Shown: positions 16,489 through 25,535, counted from the first letter of the stretch. The stretch is DNA of 64,000 bases from Verrucomicrobiia bacterium (GCA_036502245.1 DASXYX010000028.1:96637-160636), one strand, 5' to 3'. Program-made: numbers and translations. The notes: a model not told the origin generated them from the sequence alone.

Positions 16489-16619
16489 GCCAGGGTGCTC
16501 TAACAGACCATTCACCCCCCCGAAACGCCGCGCGAGGGTACGCGGCCTACAGAATTCGTTCGGTATTCGCAAGTTTTGTAGGCCCGGTGCCCTCACCGGG
16601 CGAGTTTTTCAATGGCCTG

Positions 16620-17750
16620 CTAAATCAACTTTTTGAGCCTCGCATCTTCTCCGAGCTTCTTGACCATTTCCTTGACCTTCTGCGCCTGCGATTTGTGCGC
16701 CAGTAAAACCGCGTCGTCCGTCTGCACCAAAATCGAATCACGCAGGCCGACGACGGCGATGGGCGTCCTGTTCTTTGTGCGCGCGTCAAAGATGATGTTG
16801 CGCGCAGCGTCCACATGGATGAAGTCCGCCACGGCGCAATTGCCCTCGGCATCGGCCTTGAGGTGGCGGCTCAGGGCGTTCCACGCGCCGAGATCGTCCC
16901 ATTCAAAATCGCCGTCAGCGCAGATGACATTTTGCGCGCGTTCCATCAGCGCATAGTCTATGGAAATTCTTTTGATGTTGGGATAGTCCTTGCTGAGAAC
17001 TTTTGCGAGCTTGGCGGGTTTGGCGGCGACCTTGAACCATCGCTGGCATGCGGCGAACATTTCCGGTTGATGCTTTTCCAGGCCATTGGTCACAGTGATG
17101 AAGCTCCAGACAAACATCCCGGCGTTCCAGCGATATTGCCGGCTGTTGACGTAATCCAGCGCCCGCTGGAAGTCCGGCTTCTCCACGAACTGCTCGGCCT
17201 TGTAAAAGGTCGTTTTGTATTTCTTCACGCCATCGGGTGCCGGCAATTCGCTGCCGATGCGGATGTACCCGTAACCGGTCGCCGGCTCGGTCGGTTTGAT
17301 GCCAATGGTCACGATGGCCTGACCGCGCGAGGCCAGGTCAAAGGCATCGCCCAGGATTTGTTGGAATTTTTTGGCATCCGGAATGACATGGTCAGCCGGT
17401 AACACAGCCATTACGCCCATGGTGGATCGCGCGCCAACCAACGCCGCGCCCAGGGTCACCGCCGCGCACGTGTCCCGGCCCATCGGTTCGGCAATGAGAT
17501 TGCCCTTGGGGATCTTCGGCAATTGTTTGCGCACTTCCGGCAGTTGCGCCTCGTTGGTGATGACGAAAATATTCTTGGCCGGAACCAGCGGCAGCACGCG
17601 CGCCACGGCTTCCTGGAGGAACGATTGCTTGCCGAGCAGAGACAGGAGTTGCTTGGGCATCTTTTCGCGGCTCAACGGCCAGAACCGCTCGCCACGTCCA
17701 CCGGCCATGATGATGACAAAACGATTTTTTGTGTCGGGTTTGGTTTTCAT
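16620..17750 (-). CDS. manC: Mannose-1-phosphate guanylyltransferase (nucleotidyltransferase only, no PMI/cupin domain)
   Basis: FVIIMAGGRGERFWPLSR N-terminal NTP-transferase motif; 376 aa. Confidence 0.9.
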   Translation of the reverse strand: MKTKPDTKNRFVIIMAGGRGERFWPLSREKMPKQLLSLLGKQSFLQEAVARVLPLVPAKNIFVITNEAQLPEVRKQLPKIPKGNLIAEPMGRDTCAAVTLGAALVGARSTMGVMAVLPADHVIPDAKKFQQILGDAFDLASRGQAIVTIGIKPTEPATGYGYIRIGSELPAPDGVKKYKTTFYKAEQFVEKPDFQRALDYVNSRQYRWNAGMFVWSFITVTNGLEKHQPEMFAACQRWFKVAAKPAKLAKVLSKDYPNIKRISIDYALMERAQNVICADGDFEWDDLGAWNALSRHLKADAEGNCAVADFIHVDAARNIIFDARTKNRTPIAVVGLRDSILVQTDDAVLLAHKSQAQKVKEMVKKLGEDARLKKLI

Positions 17751-17759
17751 GAAAAATAT

Positions 17760-18230
17760 CTAAATTTCACCGGCCAATTCCAAAGTTTGTTGAATCAATG
17801 CTTTACTAAAGTAGAAACCAGATTCTTGAAATTTATTCACAGCAGGACGAACGGCGGAAATCAATCGATGCTCTTTCAAAATGAGCAGCACTCTTAACGA
17901 GCCGATCAATTGCAAATCAAATTCCTCCGCGCAACGCCGCGCCTTCAAATCGTCTAAAATGGCCTTGCAGTCACGATTGGCTATAACCCAGGACAAAACT
18001 TGCGTTTCCCCCAACCCCAAATCCCATGACAAGAGAATTGGCGGGGTGGGGACGGGCTGGACAATGAACTTTGCGCCTTCGTTTTCGAGCCACGCGCACC
18101 CGGCATCGCGCGTTTTTGCGCGGCGAACTTCTTCGACCACGCCGGATGGAATGATGAGTTGCCCACAGATTTGAGGGACAAATTGAATAACGCCTGCCTT
18201 TGCCAGCAGCACAACGGGCGAGGCATTCAT
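17760..18230 (-). CDS. DUF3368-type PIN-like protein, putative type II toxin
   Basis: ASPVVLLAKAGVIQFV...IIPSGVVEEV pattern typical of DUF3368. Immediately downstream of a UPF0175 gene. An alternative start at 18248 would overlap the antitoxin stop. Confidence 0.8.
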   Translation of the reverse strand: MNASPVVLLAKAGVIQFVPQICGQLIIPSGVVEEVRRAKTRDAGCAWLENEGAKFIVQPVPTPPILLSWDLGLGETQVLSWVIANRDCKAILDDLKARRCAEEFDLQLIGSLRVLLILKEHRLISAVRPAVNKFQESGFYFSKALIQQTLELAGEI

Positions 18231-18240
18231 TACCCATCGC

Positions 18241-18498
18241 TCACCCACGCCGGCATTCCTCCACGAGTTCTTCCGGTGTCATCTGAATCGGTGAAACTTT
18301 ATGACGGCCTAAAACGTCGAAAAATTCCCCGCGCGATAACCCGAGTAATTCCGCTGCCTTGCCTTGTGAGACAAGCCCCTCATCAAACCATTTCACCACA
18401 GCAGTCTCATACATCGCTCGCGCAAAACGGGCGTCATCTTTGTCACCAAATAGCCTGATGGCATCTTCCGGTACTTCGACTGTCACTTGTTTGCTCAT
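18241..18498 (-). CDS. UPF0175-family putative antitoxin
   Basis: 85 aa. ..GLVSQGKAAELLGLSRGEFFDVLGRHKVSP.. HTH-like segment characteristic of UPF0175. Paired with DUF3368. Confidence 0.8.
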   Translation of the reverse strand: MSKQVTVEVPEDAIRLFGDKDDARFARAMYETAVVKWFDEGLVSQGKAAELLGLSRGEFFDVLGRHKVSPIQMTPEELVEECRRG

Positions 18499-18641
18499 GT
18501 CTCAAATCTATCAGAAATCAAATAACCCGTCAAAGGCTTGCCCTGCCCACGTGATAATGAAAAAACGATTCTCGGCTTTGTCGTACTGCACCTGTATCTC
18601 AGGCAGTTCTTTAATCCGTGTCCATCTGTGTTCATCCGTGG

Positions 18642-19442
18642 TTAAATTGTTTTTACCGCATCCACCATCGCTTTCACAAATTTACCCACGCGCTTCACCA
18701 GATCTTTCGATTTTCCATGTTCGGCGATCTGGTTCACCACTGCGCTCCCCACCACCACGGCATCGGCGACCCGCGCCACCAACTTGGCCTGCTCGGGACT
18801 CGAAACACCAAACCCCACGGCGATCGGCAACTCTGTATGCGCGCGCAGTTTTGCGACTTGTTGTTCAAGATTCGTCGCGACCTGTTTTTGCATGCCCGTC
18901 ACCCCTTCACGCGAGACATAATAGATGAACCCGCTGCCACGCTTGACGATATATCCCATGCGCTCTTCGGGCGTCGTCGGCGCCACCAGATAGATATGGC
19001 AGAGGCCGTGTTTGCGCATCAGGGATTCGTAATTGTCCGATTCCTCCGGCGGCAGGTCCAGTACCAGCAATCCGTCCACGCCGGCTTTGGCTGCGTTACG
19101 GATAAAATTCTCCGCGCCGATCCGATGGATAAGATTGAAATAAATGTAGAGGACGATAGGTATCTGTGATTTCTTTCGGATGGCGGCGATGGTCTCCAAA
19201 ACTTTGGGCGGCGTGGCGCCGGATTCCAGGCCGCGCTGGGCGGCAAGCTGGTTCACCAATCCATCCGCCAGCGGGTCGCTGAAAGGAACACCCAGCTCCA
19301 AAATATCCACGCCGGCCTGGTCAAAAGCCAGGGCCAATTCGCGCGTGGCTTTGAGGTCCGGGTCGCCCGCGCCGATATACACAATGAAACCCTTTGCGCC
19401 CGCGCGGTTCAATCGCGCGAAGCGTTCCTGTATGCGATTCAT
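18642..19442 (-). CDS. trpA: Tryptophan synthase alpha subunit
   Basis: 266 aa. ELGVPFSDPLADG and GFGV motifs. No trpB adjacent. Confidence 0.95.
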   Translation of the reverse strand: MNRIQERFARLNRAGAKGFIVYIGAGDPDLKATRELALAFDQAGVDILELGVPFSDPLADGLVNQLAAQRGLESGATPPKVLETIAAIRKKSQIPIVLYIYFNLIHRIGAENFIRNAAKAGVDGLLVLDLPPEESDNYESLMRKHGLCHIYLVAPTTPEERMGYIVKRGSGFIYYVSREGVTGMQKQVATNLEQQVAKLRAHTELPIAVGFGVSSPEQAKLVARVADAVVVGSAVVNQIAEHGKSKDLVKRVGKFVKAMVDAVKTI

Positions 19443-19507
19443 CGGGGAGAGTTTATTTCGGACGAGCGGGTTATACGAGTCTGAAAATGCGCCTTTCCAT
19501 GGTCGGA

Positions 19508-19528
19508 GGGACGAGTTACACGAGTCCC
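19508..19528 (+). repeat. REP unit GGGACGAG-TTACA-CGAGTCCC (family 2), downstream of RAYT-2
   Basis: Imperfect 21-nt palindrome. Inverse-orientation copies at 20113-20133 and 221-241. A degenerate copy at 19461-19482. Confidence 0.6.
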
Positions 19529-19555
19529 TGAATTTTTTTCGAAGCTATTCAAAAC

Positions 19556-20047
19556 TCAAGACGGCTCATGCCATTGGAGCGCATTAAGTTCACCTTGATA
19601 TGGCCAATCCTGCCAGCAGCCTGCCAAACCAGCTTTTACAGGATTTTCGAGCGTATATAGCCATTTTTGATGATAGCTCTCACCACTGCGCAGTTGTCGG
19701 TCAAAAAAATCTTTTTGCCAAATCGGTTTTTCAAGCGGGCGTGGCCAGTGACGGGTAACCTCCGCACGCCAAAACTCCATCCATCGTTTGAGCGGTGTAA
19801 AAGGCACTTTCAGCGGGGCACAAAAGAAATGGACATGATCCGGCATTACGACATAACGCCCAATAATCCAATGATCCGCCTTGCGCCATGATTCAACAAG
19901 TAACTGATGGATGCGAGGATTTGTCAGCAATGGCCGTTGTCTAGCAACCTTTAAACTAACAAATTGAATTATTGTCTGATTGGAAATTTTCAACGGAGAC
20001 AGGTGTGGCAATTGCTTTCGACCCGGTTCCTTTGAAGGCTCATTCAT
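19556..20047 (-). CDS. Divergent REP-associated tyrosine transposase-like protein (Y1/HUH), family 2
   Basis: 163 aa from ATG 20047. HUH motif (PDHVHFF) and YHQKWLYTLENP Tyr motif. Flanked by inverted GGGAC..GTCCC REPs. The ORF-track N-terminal extension to 20218 overlaps the aroC start and a REP. Confidence 0.85.
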   Translation of the reverse strand: MNEPSKEPGRKQLPHLSPLKISNQTIIQFVSLKVARQRPLLTNPRIHQLLVESWRKADHWIIGRYVVMPDHVHFFCAPLKVPFTPLKRWMEFWRAEVTRHWPRPLEKPIWQKDFFDRQLRSGESYHQKWLYTLENPVKAGLAGCWQDWPYQGELNALQWHEPS

Positions 20048-20112
20048 TGGCTGTGAGGAATTATATAAACCCAATCGGTAGTCAATCAATTTTGGAATAT
20101 TTGATTTGATTT

Positions 20113-20133
20113 GGGACTCGCATAGCTCGTCCC
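20113..20133 (-). repeat. REP unit (family 2), upstream of RAYT-2, inverted relative to 19508
   Basis: GGGACTCGCATAGCTCGTCCC. Its reverse complement GGGACGAGCTATGCGAGTCCC matches 19508-19528 at 18 of 21 positions. Confidence 0.6.
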
Positions 20134-20211
20134 TCCGAATGATGGCGCCGCAGTGTGTCCGTCCGGTAAGGGAGATTTGACCATTCGACCCATTTTTTGC
20201 ATCATTGAGGC

Positions 20212-21291
20212 ATGGCAAGCACTTTCGGGCACTTGTTCCGCATCACCACATGGGGCGAATCCCATGGGGGCGGCGTTGGCGTCGTCGTGGATGGCTGCCC
20301 GCCCAATCTCAAATTGACCGAGGCGGACATCCAGCCGGAGTTGAATCGCCGCCGCCCCGGCCAATCCAGAATCACCACCCGGCGCAAAGAGCCCGACACG
20401 GTGCAAATCCTTTCGGGCACGTTCGAAGGCAAAACGCTGGGCACACCCATCTGCATGTGGGTCAAAAATGAAGACGCCCGCCCCGAAGCGTACAGCGAGA
20501 TGAAGGAAAAATTCCGCCCTTCCCACGCGGACTTCACCTACTTCACCAAATACGGCATCCGCAATTGGCAGGGCGGCGGACGCGCCAGCGCGCGCGAAAC
20601 CATTGGCCGCGTGGCCGCCGGCGCTATCGCCAAAAAAATCCTGCGCGAACGATTTGGCGTGGAGACCCTCGCCTATGTCAAACAGGTCCAAACCATTTCC
20701 GGTGATATCGACCCGGACAAAGTGCGATTGAAAGACGTCGAATCCAACATCGTCCGCTGTCCGGACAAGGTGGCGGCGGAAAAAATGATTTCGTTGATCG
20801 ACGGAATGCGCCGCGCCGGCGACACCGTCGGGGGCATTGTGGAAGGCATCGCCCGCGGCGTTCCCGCCGGCTGGGGCGAACCGGTCTTTGACAAGCTTGG
20901 CGCCGACCTGGGCAAGGCCATGCTGAGCCTCCCGGCAACGAAGGCCTTTGAGATCGGCTCGGGCTTCGACAGCATCCTGATGACCGGCCGCGAGCACAAC
21001 GACGCCTTTCGCGCGAAGAACAAAAAAGTGTTCACCACCACGAATTTTTCCGGCGGCATCCAGGGCGGCATCTCGAACGGCCAGACGATCTTCTTCCGTA
21101 TCGCCTTCAAGCCGGTGGCCACGGTCATGCACGAGCAGGACACGATTGACGTGCGCCTGGAAAACACCAAACTAAAGGCCCGTGGTCGGCACGACCCCTG
21201 CGTGTTGCCGCGCGCGGTGCCGATGGTGGAAGCGATGACCGCCCTGGTGTTGATTGACCATGCCCTGCGGCACAAAGCGCAATGCGGTTGA
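20212..21291 (+). CDS. aroC: Chorismate synthase
   Basis: [28 protein letters not shown]-terminus; GRHDPCV motif; 359 aa. Confidence 0.96.
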   Translation: MASTFGHLFRITTWGESHGGGVGVVVDGCPPNLKLTEADIQPELNRRRPGQSRITTRRKEPDTVQILSGTFEGKTLGTPICMWVKNEDARPEAYSEMKEKFRPSHADFTYFTKYGIRNWQGGGRASARETIGRVAAGAIAKKILRERFGVETLAYVKQVQTISGDIDPDKVRLKDVESNIVRCPDKVAAEKMISLIDGMRRAGDTVGGIVEGIARGVPAGWGEPVFDKLGADLGKAMLSLPATKAFEIGSGFDSILMTGREHNDAFRAKNKKVFTTTNFSGGIQGGISNGQTIFFRIAFKPVATVMHEQDTIDVRLENTKLKARGRHDPCVLPRAVPMVEAMTALVLIDHALRHKAQCG

Positions 21292-21321
21292 TTTTTTTAG
21301 AACCCAAACGAATTTATAACT

Positions 21322-22716
21322 ATGGCTGAGAAAAATTTGAATGAAATTTCGCGGGACGCGCGCGCTCTCTTTACCAAGGGCACCGAGGCGCTCTCGAGGG
21401 AAAACCTGGACTACGCCATCGCGTTGTTGACCCAGGCGGTGGATAAAGAACCCGGGTTCTTCGATTGCCGCAAGGCGTTGCGCGAGGCGCAATTCCGCAA
21501 GGCCGGCGAGAGCAAGGGCTTTTTCAAAAAGATGTTGAGCGGCGCCGGCTCCTCGCCGCAGGTCGCCAAGGCCAAAATGGCCATGGGCAAAAATCCCGCC
21601 GAGGCCATGTCCATCGCCGAACAGATCCTGGGCAGCGACCCGAACAATTCCGCGGCGCATCGCATCGTTGTGGACGCGGCCAAGGCGTTGGAATTGCCAC
21701 GCACCGCAGTGTTGTCCTATGACGTCCTGGTGAGAAATTCGCCCAAGGACAAGGCGCTGGTCATCGAATATGCCTATGCCGCGTCGGAGATCGGCGAAAG
21801 CGCCAAAGCGGAAAAGGTCCTGATGGACCTGTTGCGCGAAAATCCGGCTGACGGAGAACTCAACGGCGCGCTCAAGGACTTATCGGCCCGCAAAACGATG
21901 AAGGAAGGCGGCTACGGCGCGCTCGAAGGCGGCGGTGGCTCCTATCGCGACATCCTCAAAGATAAAAAGCAAGCCACGCAATTGGAACAGGAAAAGCGCG
22001 TGGAAAAATCCGAGGACGTCACGGACCGGCTCATCCGCGAATACGAAGCCCGCCTGCAGACTGAGCCGAACAACCTGAAGCTCGTCCGTCAACTGGCTGA
22101 ATCATACACGGCGAAAAAACAATTCGAGCAGGCGCTCGCCCTCTATGATCGCGTCAAAAAATCCGATATGGGCAACGACCCTTCGCTCGAACTGGCCATT
22201 GCCAACACCATGGTCAAACAATTCGACCATAAGATTGAGCAGATCAACCCGTTTGATGCCGAACATGCCGCCCAGGTTGAGCAGATCAAGGCGGAAAAAC
22301 TGAATTTCCAGCTCACGGAATGCCAGAAGCGCGTTGAGAAATATCCGACGGACCTGGCCATCCGTTTCGAGATGGGGCAGCTTTATTTTCAGGCGGGAAA
22401 AATTAGCGAAGCCATCCCCGAATTCCAAAAGTCTCAAAACAACCCGCACAAGAAACTGGCCTCCATGGGGTATCTGGCGCAATGCTTTGCCAAACGCAAA
22501 ATGTTTGACATGGCCGCGCGCACCCTGCAGAACGCCATCAAAGAAAAGCCCGTCTTCGACGACGAAAAGAAGGATTTGATCTATAATCTTGGCACTGTCC
22601 TGGAAAGCATGGGCAAAAAAGAGGAAGCCATCGAGCAGTTCAAACTCATCTTTGAAGTGGACGCCGGCTACAAAGATGTGTCCGCCAAAGTGGATGCGTT
22701 CTACTCCGGACAATGA
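21322..22716 (+). CDS. Tetratricopeptide-repeat protein
   Basis: 464 aa with multiple TPR-like helical repeats (..AIALLTQAV.., ..ALALYDRV.., ..AIPEFQKSQ.., ..AIEQFKLIFEVD..). No signal peptide. Confidence 0.8.
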   Translation: MAEKNLNEISRDARALFTKGTEALSRENLDYAIALLTQAVDKEPGFFDCRKALREAQFRKAGESKGFFKKMLSGAGSSPQVAKAKMAMGKNPAEAMSIAEQILGSDPNNSAAHRIVVDAAKALELPRTAVLSYDVLVRNSPKDKALVIEYAYAASEIGESAKAEKVLMDLLRENPADGELNGALKDLSARKTMKEGGYGALEGGGGSYRDILKDKKQATQLEQEKRVEKSEDVTDRLIREYEARLQTEPNNLKLVRQLAESYTAKKQFEQALALYDRVKKSDMGNDPSLELAIANTMVKQFDHKIEQINPFDAEHAAQVEQIKAEKLNFQLTECQKRVEKYPTDLAIRFEMGQLYFQAGKISEAIPEFQKSQNNPHKKLASMGYLAQCFAKRKMFDMAARTLQNAIKEKPVFDDEKKDLIYNLGTVLESMGKKEEAIEQFKLIFEVDAGYKDVSAKVDAFYSGQ

Positions 22717-23792
22717 TCAATCTACCGCGCGTGCAAAAATTGTTTTTCCTGTTCCTGGTCGCCTGCGGATTCTCCGCGGGCGCTTCAGAGATCAAGCTGG
22801 ATTTCAACCGGTATTCGGCCGGTCAAACACCCACCAACTTTTCCAGCGCACTGGCCGGCACGGGTTCGCCCGGAGATTGGAAGATTGTTTCCGACGCCGT
22901 GCCATCCGCTTTCGCGCCACTGATGCCCGGACTGACGCCAACTCCCACCGAAGCCACCCACGGAGTTCTCGCGCAGTTGAGCCAGGATACTACCGATGAA
23001 CATTTCCCGATGTTCATCTACGATGGCGCGACGTTCCGGAAATTCAAGGTCACCACCCAATTCAAGATCATCAGCGGCACGGCAGAGCAAATGGCGGGCA
23101 TTGTCTTCCGTTATCAAAATCCATCCAACTTTTACGTCATTCGGGCCAGCGGCCTCGGCCAAAACCTCCGGTTCTACAAAGTGGTGAACGGTGTTCGCGG
23201 AAATCTTCTCGGACCGGACATGAACATCACCACCAATGCCTGGCATTCCTTGTCCGTGGCCTGCGATGGCGATCAGATTTCGGTTTGGTACGACGGCCGC
23301 CTGGCGTTTCCGCCATTGCAGGACACCTCGTTTTCTGAAGGCAAAGTCGGGTTTTGGACCAAATCCGACTCTGTGACATACTTCGGCGATACCACCATCG
23401 ATTACACGCCGATCGTGCCGGGAGCGCAAGCGATCGTGAACGAGACCATGCAGAAATATCCGCGCATCCTCGGCTTGCGGATCTATTTGCCCGACGATAA
23501 AGGACAGATGCGGATCGTCGCCAGTAACAAGCCGGAAGAGATCGGGCGACCCGGCACAGATGCGGAGGAAAAGGCCTATCACGGAGGCGCCCTCTTTTAC
23601 GGACATGGCGCCGGCACCGTGGCGGTGACCACCGGCCTCAATGACCGCAACGGCGACCCGATGGCTGCGGTGCGCGTGGAATTGAAGTCTTATAAATTGG
23701 CCGAAACGCAGGACATGGTTCTCGACCGCGTGCGCATCATCATCAATGAAATGCAGAAACACGCTCTCTCCCTGGAAGATTTGACGGAGTAA
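22713..23792 (+). CDS. Secreted protein with concanavalin/LamG-like (DUF1080-like) N-domain and GAF/PDC-like C-domain
   Basis: Signal peptide (LFFLFLVACGFSAGA). ..AGIVFRYQNPSNFYVIRASG...WHSLSVACDGDQISVWYDG...GKVGFWTKSDS.. pattern of lectin-fold DUF1080 proteins. ATGA overlap with the upstream TPR gene. Confidence 0.6.
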   Translation: MINLPRVQKLFFLFLVACGFSAGASEIKLDFNRYSAGQTPTNFSSALAGTGSPGDWKIVSDAVPSAFAPLMPGLTPTPTEATHGVLAQLSQDTTDEHFPMFIYDGATFRKFKVTTQFKIISGTAEQMAGIVFRYQNPSNFYVIRASGLGQNLRFYKVVNGVRGNLLGPDMNITTNAWHSLSVACDGDQISVWYDGRLAFPPLQDTSFSEGKVGFWTKSDSVTYFGDTTIDYTPIVPGAQAIVNETMQKYPRILGLRIYLPDDKGQMRIVASNKPEEIGRPGTDAEEKAYHGGALFYGHGAGTVAVTTGLNDRNGDPMAAVRVELKSYKLAETQDMVLDRVRIIINEMQKHALSLEDLTE

Positions 23793-23797
23793 GTTTT

Positions 23798-23897
23798 GGC
23801 AATCCCAAAGGGATTGCAATAATATAGCCCGGCGTTGCGAGGAACGAGCTACGCCGGGTCACGTCCAAAGCAAATATTCAACCCTGAAAGGGTTGAA
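23798..23897 (+). repeat. Structured leader of RAYT copy 2
   Basis: Same three hairpins as 11107-11206, with single-base differences. Confidence 0.75.
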
Positions 23898-23906
23898 TCA
23901 AAGTTT

Positions 23907-24362
23907 ATGCCGCAGTCCTTATCAAACATTTTGGTGCATGCCGTATTTTCCACCAAAGATCGGCGTCCATTTATCCGGGATAAAAGCTTACGCGATGAAT
24001 TGCACAAATACATCGGCGGCATTTTGAACCATCTCAATTGTTATCCACTCATCGTCGGAGGTGTTGAGGATCATGTGCATCTGCTCTCCACCCTTTCCCG
24101 AACCTGTGAACCGGCTGAAATGGTGAAAGAAGTCAAACGCGGATCATCGTTATGGATCAAGCAAAAGGATTTAAACCTGCAGGATTTTGCATGGCAGAGT
24201 GGCTATGGAATCTTTTCCCTCGGAGTTTCCCAAATCGAACCAGTCAGTAATTATATTGCAGGGCAGGAAGAACATCACCGGACAGTTTCATTCCAGGACG
24301 AATTGCGGAAATTATTGCGCGAACATAAAATCGAATTTGATGAACGGTATGTATGGGACTGA
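23907..24362 (+). CDS. rayT: REP-associated tyrosine transposase (RAYT), copy 2
   Basis: 151 aa. 8 amino-acid differences from copy 1 by manual alignment (G27S, G30D, D44N, S51G, R87K, V89L, K90N, I105L). Same HUH and Y motifs. Confidence 0.9.
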   Translation: MPQSLSNILVHAVFSTKDRRPFIRDKSLRDELHKYIGGILNHLNCYPLIVGGVEDHVHLLSTLSRTCEPAEMVKEVKRGSSLWIKQKDLNLQDFAWQSGYGIFSLGVSQIEPVSNYIAGQEEHHRTVSFQDELRKLLREHKIEFDERYVWD

Positions 24363-24460
24363 TTCAACCCTTTCAGGGTTGAATTCGTTTGGAACCTGAA
24401 CCCAGCGTAGGCGAGAACGCCAACGCTGGGCTATATGATTTCAACCCCGTTGGGGTTGAA
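24362..24460. repeat. REP cluster (trailer of RAYT copy 2)
   Basis: TTCAACCC-TTTCAG-GGTTGAA; CCCAGCGT-N14-ACGCTGGG; TCAACCCC-GTT-GGGGTTGA. Confidence 0.75.
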
Positions 24461-24527
24461 GGCCAATTACGTTAGTGCTCCCCCATTATATTATTTCGTC
24501 AAGACTTGAAGATTCAGAAATGTTTTT

Positions 24528-24627
24528 GGCAATCCCAAAGGGATTGCAATAATATAGCCCGGCGTTGCGAGGAACGAGCTACGCCGGGTCATGTCCAAAC
24601 CAAATCTTCAACCCTGAAAGGGTTGAA
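24528..24627 (+). repeat. Solo RAYT leader (third copy, no transposase gene behind it)
   Basis: GGCAATCCCAAAGGGATTGC..CCCGGCGT..ACGCCGGG..TTCAACCCTGAAAGGGTTGAA, followed directly by the 3' end of the convergent gene at 24660. Confidence 0.7.
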
Positions 24628-24659
24628 TCAATTTCATCAACAACAGCAAACCTCCCCTA

Positions 24660-25535
24660 CTATTTCGCCGGCGCGGGTGATTCACTCGGCGGCACAATGA
24701 CCGGCATGGCCACGGGTTTCGTTTTTAGCGCCCCGCCAACCACCACAATCTGGCCCGCATCATTCAAACTCAAATGCGGCCGGGAATTGACATAGTTATA
24801 AATATCCCGTTCCACGATATTTCCGTCTGGATCGGCGACCGTATAAAGAAATGTCTCGCCGCCGTTTTGATAGAGCAGATGCAGGTTGCTGTCGCCATCC
24901 AACTGCGCTTCCGGCCTGCTGAAGGACACCATGTCGCCAATGGCGGTGACTTTGAAGATCTGCCTGCCTGAGGCATCGGTCACCATCAAGTACATCCGCA
25001 ATTGTTTTTGCAAATAATTCGCCTCTTCCAAGGTATATTTGCGGACTTCCGGAGGGCGATTGGACATACCGGCGGGCATCGGCACACCGAATTCCTGCGA
25101 CCATAATTCCGCACCATCAATGATGTCAAACTCCTGTGGCTTGCTTGGGACATCCATGTTCCATTGCGGGATATGCACATGCGCTGTCACGCTATAGCGG
25201 CCCGTCTGTTTCAGATTGAAATAAGGCTCGAGATCCACGCGCTTGGTGGCCACTTCGGAAGAGCCCAGGTCAAACGCCCCCGTGACCGGCGGCTGTGAAC
25301 CATTGATCGCGGTGGTATTGTTATCCAGCGATTGAACATTAAATGTCACCCATTCGTTGTCCGCCCCCAAATGAAGCGTTTGGCCGGAATTGTTATACAA
25401 ATGGATCGTGACCGGCAGCGTTTCGGCCGGCAGAAACTGGCTTTGGGCCAGGGAAAGATCCAGGGTCATCACCTGGGCCTGCGCCGGTAGAAACGCCAGG
25501 AATGCCAAAGCCAAAATAAAGGGGAGCTTTTTCAT
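24660..25535 (-). CDS. Hypothetical secreted protein
   Basis: 291 aa. Clear signal peptide MKKLPFILALAFLAFLPAQAQ. Beta-rich composition. No recognisable family. Confidence 0.6.
   Translation of the reverse strand: MKKLPFILALAFLAFLPAQAQVMTLDLSLAQSQFLPAETLPVTIHLYNNSGQTLHLGADNEWVTFNVQSLDNNTTAINGSQPPVTGAFDLGSSEVATKRVDLEPYFNLKQTGRYSVTAHVHIPQWNMDVPSKPQEFDIIDGAELWSQEFGVPMPAGMSNRPPEVRKYTLEEANYLQKQLRMYLMVTDASGRQIFKVTAIGDMVSFSRPEAQLDGDSNLHLLYQNGGETFLYTVADPDGNIVERDIYNYVNSRPHLSLNDAGQIVVVGGALKTKPVAMPVIVPPSESPAPAK

Noticed and set aside
19556-20218. Long form (220 aa) of the RAYT-2 ORF
   Set aside because: The N-terminal 57 codons run through a REP hairpin and overlap the aroC start. The conserved transposase fold begins after the internal ATG at 20047.
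20086-21132. 348-aa minus-strand ORF opposite aroC. Analogous long antisense ORFs occur at 22785-23819, 41766-42407, 54064-54675, 56740-57693, 59949-60854 and 60888-61649.
   Set aside because: All lie opposite genes with strong homology signatures and have biased R/G/A/H-rich composition. I treated them as non-coding.
11107-24460. Possibility that the two RAYT copies bound a 13-kb composite transposon
   Set aside because: The interior carries core genes (tRNA-Val, manC, trpA, aroC) in normal context. RAYTs are not known to move composite segments. The copies are in direct orientation, each with its own complete flanks.
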